DNA from: Patescibacteria group bacterium
GTDB taxonomy: Bacteria; Patescibacteriota; Gracilibacteria; UBA4473
Reading direction: 5' to 3'
Assembly (NCBI GenBank): GCA_965660445.1
Contig: CBFIAK010000001.1
Location: 608,001 to 672,000 of the forward strand
DNA: 64,000 bases
How positions within the stretch are numbered: the first letter of the stretch is position 1; each line of letters starts with the position of its first letter. This document shows, one piece after another, positions 59,271-64,000 of the stretch. The position numbers and the translations under genes were made by a program. The notes under the pieces were generated by a model. The model ran no database searches. It worked only from the letters and a program-made list of their open reading frames with translations, and had not been told where the DNA came from.

Positions 59271-60517
59271 TTCTTTGATTCATAAATCACTTGCTTGTCT
59301 TTTATCAAAAGCCTCCCATTCAATGCTTGTAGAGATTCAGATTTCTTTTGAAGACTTCCGTATACCAATTCATCCTGTATGAATTGATACGGCTTAAGGG
59401 GTGGTTTTATGAAAAAATTACACCTTCTCATGTCATCTTTTTGGCGTTGATTGAGTTCGCTAATGTCTAAATCCGTTATTTGTTCCGCAATTTTTTCTAT
59501 TTGTGCCAGAAGATTTTTTCCTCGAATGCTTAATTGTTTGCAGTTGCTATTGTATTTATTGCACGAGTAGTAAAGGTAGAGTCGATTGTACCTATTCCTG
59601 TAAATCTCACCAGAAATACCAGATCCGCACTCGCCACATTTAAAAATTCTATTGAATTTGAAAGGAATCTCTCCCCATTTTCTTCGGGGTTCTCGGGGAC
59701 CTCGTTTTGCGATGTTTGTTTGGACTTTATCATAAAGTTCCTTGGTAATGAGCGGTTCATGAATACCTTTGTACCAATTCCCACTTTTTTTGGGGTATTC
59801 AAATTCTCCGTAGTAAAAAGTATCTGCCAACATCTTTTGAAGCCTACTTTTGGCTAACTTCTTTCCATGCTTCGAAAATTTCCCCAATCTGTCCATATCT
59901 TTCCAAATGTGGTAGATACTTTTGTTCTCTTCTCCCACTAACCGAAATATCTCTTTCACAATGGGAGCTTTTTCTTCATCAATTACAGCTCTATTTGGCT
60001 CGTGTATATCTTCTCCAGGTACAAGTTTGTATCCTAATGGCGTTGCATAGGGTCTTCGTCCTTGTTCACAAGCTGCCCTCATTCCACGTTGCACGTTTTT
60101 ACCACGATTTTCATTCTCAAGTTTTGCCTGACTTCCCAAAAGCATGAGCAAAAACTTCTCATTTGGATTATTTCCAAGAAATGTTCGGTCATGCGTTCGA
60201 ACAACCTGTAATTTCTCTTGATCCATTAAATCGACCAACATCCCTAAATCTCCTGCATTTCTGCTGAGTCGGTCAACCGCCCATGTTAAAATCGCTTCAT
60301 ATTCTCCATCCATCAGTCCTGCCATGAGCTGAGTGAATCCCGGGCGAGAAAAGGAAGTTTTTGCAGATTTACACTCTTCTATGATTTTTACGACATCAAG
60401 ATCTTCTGCCTCTTGAATTTTTCTCATCTCTCGGAACTGAGATTCAATCGACATAGCTTGTTTTTCATCTTGTTCAGAGGACTTTCTGGCATAAATACAA
60501 TAGCGAATATTAGACAT
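59255..60517 (-). CDS. Large serine recombinase 2
   Basis: YARKSS, SIESQ, DRLSRNAGDLG, CGECG...YYSC; paralog of 51083..52366. Confidence 0.92.
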   Translation of the reverse strand: MSNIRYCIYARKSSEQDEKQAMSIESQFREMRKIQEAEDLDVVKIIEECKSAKTSFSRPGFTQLMAGLMDGEYEAILTWAVDRLSRNAGDLGMLVDLMDQEKLQVVRTHDRTFLGNNPNEKFLLMLLGSQAKLENENRGKNVQRGMRAACEQGRRPYATPLGYKLVPGEDIHEPNRAVIDEEKAPIVKEIFRLVGEENKSIYHIWKDMDRLGKFSKHGKKLAKSRLQKMLADTFYYGEFEYPKKSGNWYKGIHEPLITKELYDKVQTNIAKRGPREPRRKWGEIPFKFNRIFKCGECGSGISGEIYRNRYNRLYLYYSCNKYNSNCKQLSIRGKNLLAQIEKIAEQITDLDISELNQRQKDDMRRCNFFIKPPLKPYQFIQDELVYGSLQKKSESLQALNGRLLIKDKQVIYESKNQSSI

Positions 60518-60785
60518 ATGAAAGGGGTTACAATGGAAACATTATAATCCCTTGTGTAAATACATCTTGAATAAAAAAATTGTTCAAAGGAAATATTGAG
60601 ACACCCCTTTTTTATAGTGTCTCATTTGTCTCATTTTCAAGGTCAGGTATAATAAAATATGCAAGGCATAAGACACCAGACCGACAGCCACTGCCAAAAC
60701 AAAAACCTTGGCATACCAACAAAGATTTGGTGTGGCGGGCTTTTTGCTATTTGCTCGGGAGGAATTGAACCTCAGTTTGTTATTT

Positions 60786-60821
60786 ATATCGGATAGAATA
60801 ATAAATAATGCTATCCGATAT
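60786..60821. promoter_or_regulatory. Palindromic operator ATATCGGATAG-N14-CTATCCGATAT (copy 3, orphan)
   Basis: Arms and spacer length identical to the two Fic operators; no Fic gene follows. Confidence 0.75.
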
Positions 60822-60850
60822 TGAGAAAAAAGTTTAAATGACTTGTTTAT

Positions 60851-60881
60851 AAAAAACCCCTCAATGCATAAGCATTGAGGG
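60851..60881 (-). terminator. Intrinsic terminator
   Basis: CCCTCAATGC-ATAA-GCATTGAGGG with a T run on the minus strand. Confidence 0.7.
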
Positions 60882-60903
60882 AAATATCCTGTTTGGATTA
60901 TAA

Positions 60904-62205
60904 TTACACAGCTAAAATTACACACTGTTTTTTTGCATTTCTGACTGTTTTTAACAGTTTTGGAAAATTATGAAGGGATTCTTTTTCTTCGAATTTTTCG
61001 AGAGAAAAGTAAAGTGTTTTTATGTCTTCATAATATTTATAAAACAAAGTATCAGGATCTTCAAAACCTTCAAACAAGGTTTTGAATTCTTCTAATAACT
61101 CTTTTTGTTGTCCGTTTTGGATTTCAAAATATGAATCATCAGGAATATTATCTCTGATAGCTTTTATTTTATTTTCTCCTTCATGCAATACAATCTCTTG
61201 CCCCATAATAAATATATCATTTTTCACTATAATATATCCAAGAAACATGTATATTGGAATAATTGGAATATTTTTCATGAAAAAACTTTCTGAAAACAGA
61301 AGAGCAACGCTCAAGGCAATAATCAATATGAGGATTGTGATTTCGTAAACAACAAAAAAATACCTTCCAATAGGTATCCATGGTTTAAACTTTTTGAGAT
61401 TATTTTTTTTATGAAACAGTTTCACTTCATTTTGAATTTGATAAAAAGCGAATCTTATAACTAAAAAAATAAGTAAAAAAATTACAGCAAAAATAAACAG
61501 CAATATATCAAGATACCATGGTAAGTTTAAGTCATTTCCCCATAAGAATTTTTCATTAATGAGTATTCCAAGGATTGAAAAGAGCAAAGAAGTAAGCAAA
61601 AAACAAAAGAGAAAGGCTATCCCTAAATTCGTTCTTTTTTGGAAACGATAATTGTTCATTTCTGGGGAATTGATATCTCCAATGTAAAAAATATTACATG
61701 TAAAGATTGTGTAGTACCAATATCCATAGCCAATTATAACGACAGATATAAGTGCATATATTGTCTTAATAATTCCCATGAACAGAAATACAAACTGAAT
61801 TGAATCAAGCCCCATAATACTCTCTATCCCTCTTGTGTGCATAATTGGAATATGTTTGAGTATTAAGAATATAAAGAAACCCCCTAAGAAGTTTATAAGA
61901 GCGAGAGATACAATAATTCCAAGTATTTGCATTGTTGTCCAAAACCAACGATATCTTGTATTGGAAAGATGTTTCCGTGTGCGAGCCAGTACAAAATAAC
62001 TCCACCAAGTAACAAAAACGGAACCAATAAAAATTGGAATTGTTACAGTATAAGGAAGAGGAGCAGAAATAGTTTTTGGGAAAAGAAAACTTATATCAAT
62101 TCCCATACTATACATCAACAGAGCAATTCCCATACAGACATTTGTTGCTATAAATCCCCAAAAAAGCACCAACATTGGTTTGTGAAAAAACGATTTCGTT
62201 TTCAT
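60904..62205 (-). CDS. Hypothetical polytopic membrane protein (track start 62295)
   Basis: About eight hydrophobic segments; very AT-rich. Confidence 0.6.
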   Translation of the reverse strand: MKTKSFFHKPMLVLFWGFIATNVCMGIALLMYSMGIDISFLFPKTISAPLPYTVTIPIFIGSVFVTWWSYFVLARTRKHLSNTRYRWFWTTMQILGIIVSLALINFLGGFFIFLILKHIPIMHTRGIESIMGLDSIQFVFLFMGIIKTIYALISVVIIGYGYWYYTIFTCNIFYIGDINSPEMNNYRFQKRTNLGIAFLFCFLLTSLLFSILGILINEKFLWGNDLNLPWYLDILLFIFAVIFLLIFLVIRFAFYQIQNEVKLFHKKNNLKKFKPWIPIGRYFFVVYEITILILIIALSVALLFSESFFMKNIPIIPIYMFLGYIIVKNDIFIMGQEIVLHEGENKIKAIRDNIPDDSYFEIQNGQQKELLEEFKTLFEGFEDPDTLFYKYYEDIKTLYFSLEKFEEKESLHNFPKLLKTVRNAKKQCVILAV

Positions 62206-62397
62206 AAAGAAACTCCTAAAATGTGTTTTTAAAATAATATTCAAATTAAACAGGATGAATGTTATACGATATGTAAAAATACATACGAATAACATATTTC
62301 AAAGAACTATCATATTTATAAAATAAATAAAGGAACAAGTCAATTGAATCTCTTTTAGAAGATATCTATATGTTCTATTGAAAATAAAACCTACATT

Positions 62398-63219
62398 CTA
62401 TACTCCTTGTTTTTCATAAAAACGATTTATGGATAGTTTTAAATCGTTTTCAGTACATTCATATCCATCCATAAGAGTATCAAGCGTGATACAAAATAAA
62501 ACCCCTAGTCCGTTCTTTTGAATACTGAGACCTTCTTGCATTTTTTCAGGAGTCGTAATGCCGTCTGTCATGATCCATGCATGTGGCATTTCTTCTCGAA
62601 AGAATTTTAATGCGCCTTCTTCTCGGCTTGATACACTGGCTCCAATAGATGCATACATGTTCTGCGTTGATTGAGTTGAAATATTCCAATCTTCTATCTT
62701 TTCAGCAATACGAACACATAAATCAGACCCACTTTGAAACTCCGATGCAGACTCATTGTCTGTACGGACAGTCACAAATACTCCAGCGCCATAGTTTTCA
62801 CAAGCTTCAATAAAAGGACGCATACTTTCAGATCCGAAATAAGCATTCACCGTCACTGCATGAACCGATAATGGACTTATTGGATCTGTATAGGTTTTAG
62901 CATATAACGCCATGCTTTTTTCGTTTCCACTTCGATTTATATCAAGAATAACAAAAATTCCCATATTCTTGAGTGATTTTAAAAACCGTTCAAGCACCTG
63001 AAACCCTTCCCAACCAAACTGTTCAAAAACAGATATATCAACACGAATTCCCGCTATAGAAGTTTGTAATACTTCACACATCCATAATCCGTATTCAGCA
63101 ATGCTTTCTGCATCTAACGAAAACGAATCAGGAATAGTTTTGAAAGAAGCATCAAAATGAAGAATAAGTGATGATTTCTTGTGCTCTACGATGTGTTGTA
63201 ATTGATCCGAAAAGTTCAT
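62398..63219 (-). CDS. pyrF: OMP decarboxylase (PyrF)-like protein with degenerate active site
   Basis: AVTVNAYFG, GVFVTVRTDN..ASEFQ, IGASV; catalytic DxKxxD replaced by DINRSG. Confidence 0.7.
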   Translation of the reverse strand: MNFSDQLQHIVEHKKSSLILHFDASFKTIPDSFSLDAESIAEYGLWMCEVLQTSIAGIRVDISVFEQFGWEGFQVLERFLKSLKNMGIFVILDINRSGNEKSMALYAKTYTDPISPLSVHAVTVNAYFGSESMRPFIEACENYGAGVFVTVRTDNESASEFQSGSDLCVRIAEKIEDWNISTQSTQNMYASIGASVSSREEGALKFFREEMPHAWIMTDGITTPEKMQEGLSIQKNGLGVLFCITLDTLMDGYECTENDLKLSINRFYEKQGV

Positions 63220-63229
63220 GAAAAAGTTC

Positions 63230-64000
63230 TTATTTACGAGGCATGTCAGTATGAATTTCTATATCAGGTGTACTTTCTTTTGGTTTTGGATCAGCTTTAT
63301 CTGTTTTTTTAGTTTGATCTTCTTCAAGCAATGATAATTGTGTATCATCTTCAACATCAATATCCTCAATCATTGATATAGAAGAAACCATATCTCCTTT
63401 TGATGGTCTCATTAAAATAACACCTTGTGTTGACCGACCAGCTGTTTTTATCTTTTGGATTGGGGTTCTTAGTGTTTGCCCATTTTTACTCACAATCAAT
63501 AAATCAGCCGTTTCTTTTGATTCATCTATCACTAAACTCCCCGCTATTTTACCAGTCTTTTTTGTGAGATTTGCAGCCTTAATTCCCGAACCTCCTCGAG
63601 ATTGTAACCGGAATAAGTTCACCGATGACATTTTCCCAAGTCCGTTTTCCATAACAACCAGTAATTTTCCGTGTTCGTGTCGTAATACATCCATTTTAAC
63701 CACTTGATCATCACTTTTGAGCCGTATTCCTCTTACTCCTGCTGCTGTTCGCCCCATACATCGTATGTCTTCTTCTGAAAACCGAATAGATTTTCCTTCT
63801 CGAGTAACAATAAATATCTGATCTTCTCCTGTTGAAACCCTTGTCCATTGCAGAGTCTCATCACCTTTTAATGAACAAGCAATAAGCCCCGATTGTCGAA
63901 CGTTTTCAAAATGACTCAACTCGCTTTTTTTAATTGTTCCACCTGTTGTACACATAACAACATATTTCCCATCAGATCGAGACAAATTTAAAATATTAGT
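63230..64000 (-). CDS. gyrA: DNA gyrase subunit A, C-terminal beta-pinwheel (5' part outside the window)
   Basis: MGRTAAGVRGI, QSRGGSGI, GRSTQGV repeats, acidic tail; frame open to 64000. Confidence 0.92.
   Translation of the reverse strand, partial: TNILNLSRSDGKYVVMCTTGGTIKKSELSHFENVRQSGLIACSLKGDETLQWTRVSTGEDQIFIVTREGKSIRFSEEDIRCMGRTAAGVRGIRLKSDDQVVKMDVLRHEHGKLLVVMENGLGKMSSVNLFRLQSRGGSGIKAANLTKKTGKIAGSLVIDESKETADLLIVSKNGQTLRTPIQKIKTAGRSTQGVILMRPSKGDMVSSISMIEDIDVEDDTQLSLLEEDQTKKTDKADPKPKESTPDIEIHTDMPRK

Larger units (their letters stand above)
43200..60560. mobile_element. Genomic island: defence operon plus dual serine-recombinase/terminase module (borders approximate)
   Basis: Two large serine recombinases, terminase, methylases, R-M, TIR; att sites not identified. 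Confidence 0.7.

Noticed and set aside
51083-60517. Complete prophage
   Set aside because: No portal, capsid, tail, lysis or replication genes
60751-60773. tRNA T-arm-like sequence (GAGGTTCAATTCCTC on the minus strand) as a possible att site
   Set aside because: Stem and acceptor geometry do not fit, and there is no matching tRNA or second copy in the window
60580-60925. ORFs 60580..60768 (+) and 60584..60925 (-)
   Set aside because: No recognisable features; the minus-strand ORF crosses a terminator and the operator palindrome

Overview
Low-GC bacterial chromosome segment using genetic code 11. Gene content and style (few Shine-Dalgarno sites, secreted fibre-like proteins, W-S-E-N-x-G-W-I repeat protein, degenerate biosynthetic enzyme) suggest a Patescibacteria/CPR organism; this assignment is an inference. 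Layout: (1) 1-10.2 kb, six co-oriented genes for secreted, modular, mostly tail-fibre-like proteins; (2) 10.5-33 kb, housekeeping and stress genes (lepB, rlmH, tRNA-Cys, tRNA-Leu, two ECF sigma/anti-sigma pairs, ahpC-perR-dps-yceI, photolyase-tspO, MacAB-like ABC exporter, DEAD-box helicase, ung, CsoR-family regulator, mscL); (3) 33-37 kb, a second fibre-like locus; (4) tRNA-Trp followed by two tandem integrase-less mini-elements, each bounded by copies of the tRNA 3' end and carrying a Fic-HTH gene with an 11-14-11 palindromic operator, plus a third orphan operator 20 kb away; (5) about 43-60.5 kb, an island with a defence operon (HTH, Eco57I/BpmI-like type IIG R-M, RecB-like nuclease, glycosylase-like protein, truncated Mrr) and a capsid-less module (two large serine recombinases flanking a large terminase, a small-terminase-like HTH, two DNA methylases, a small protein-TIR-SLATT operon and a frameshifted LexA-like repressor); (6) a degenerate PyrF and the 3' part of gyrA. 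All calls come from reading the sequence and recognising motifs; no searches were run.
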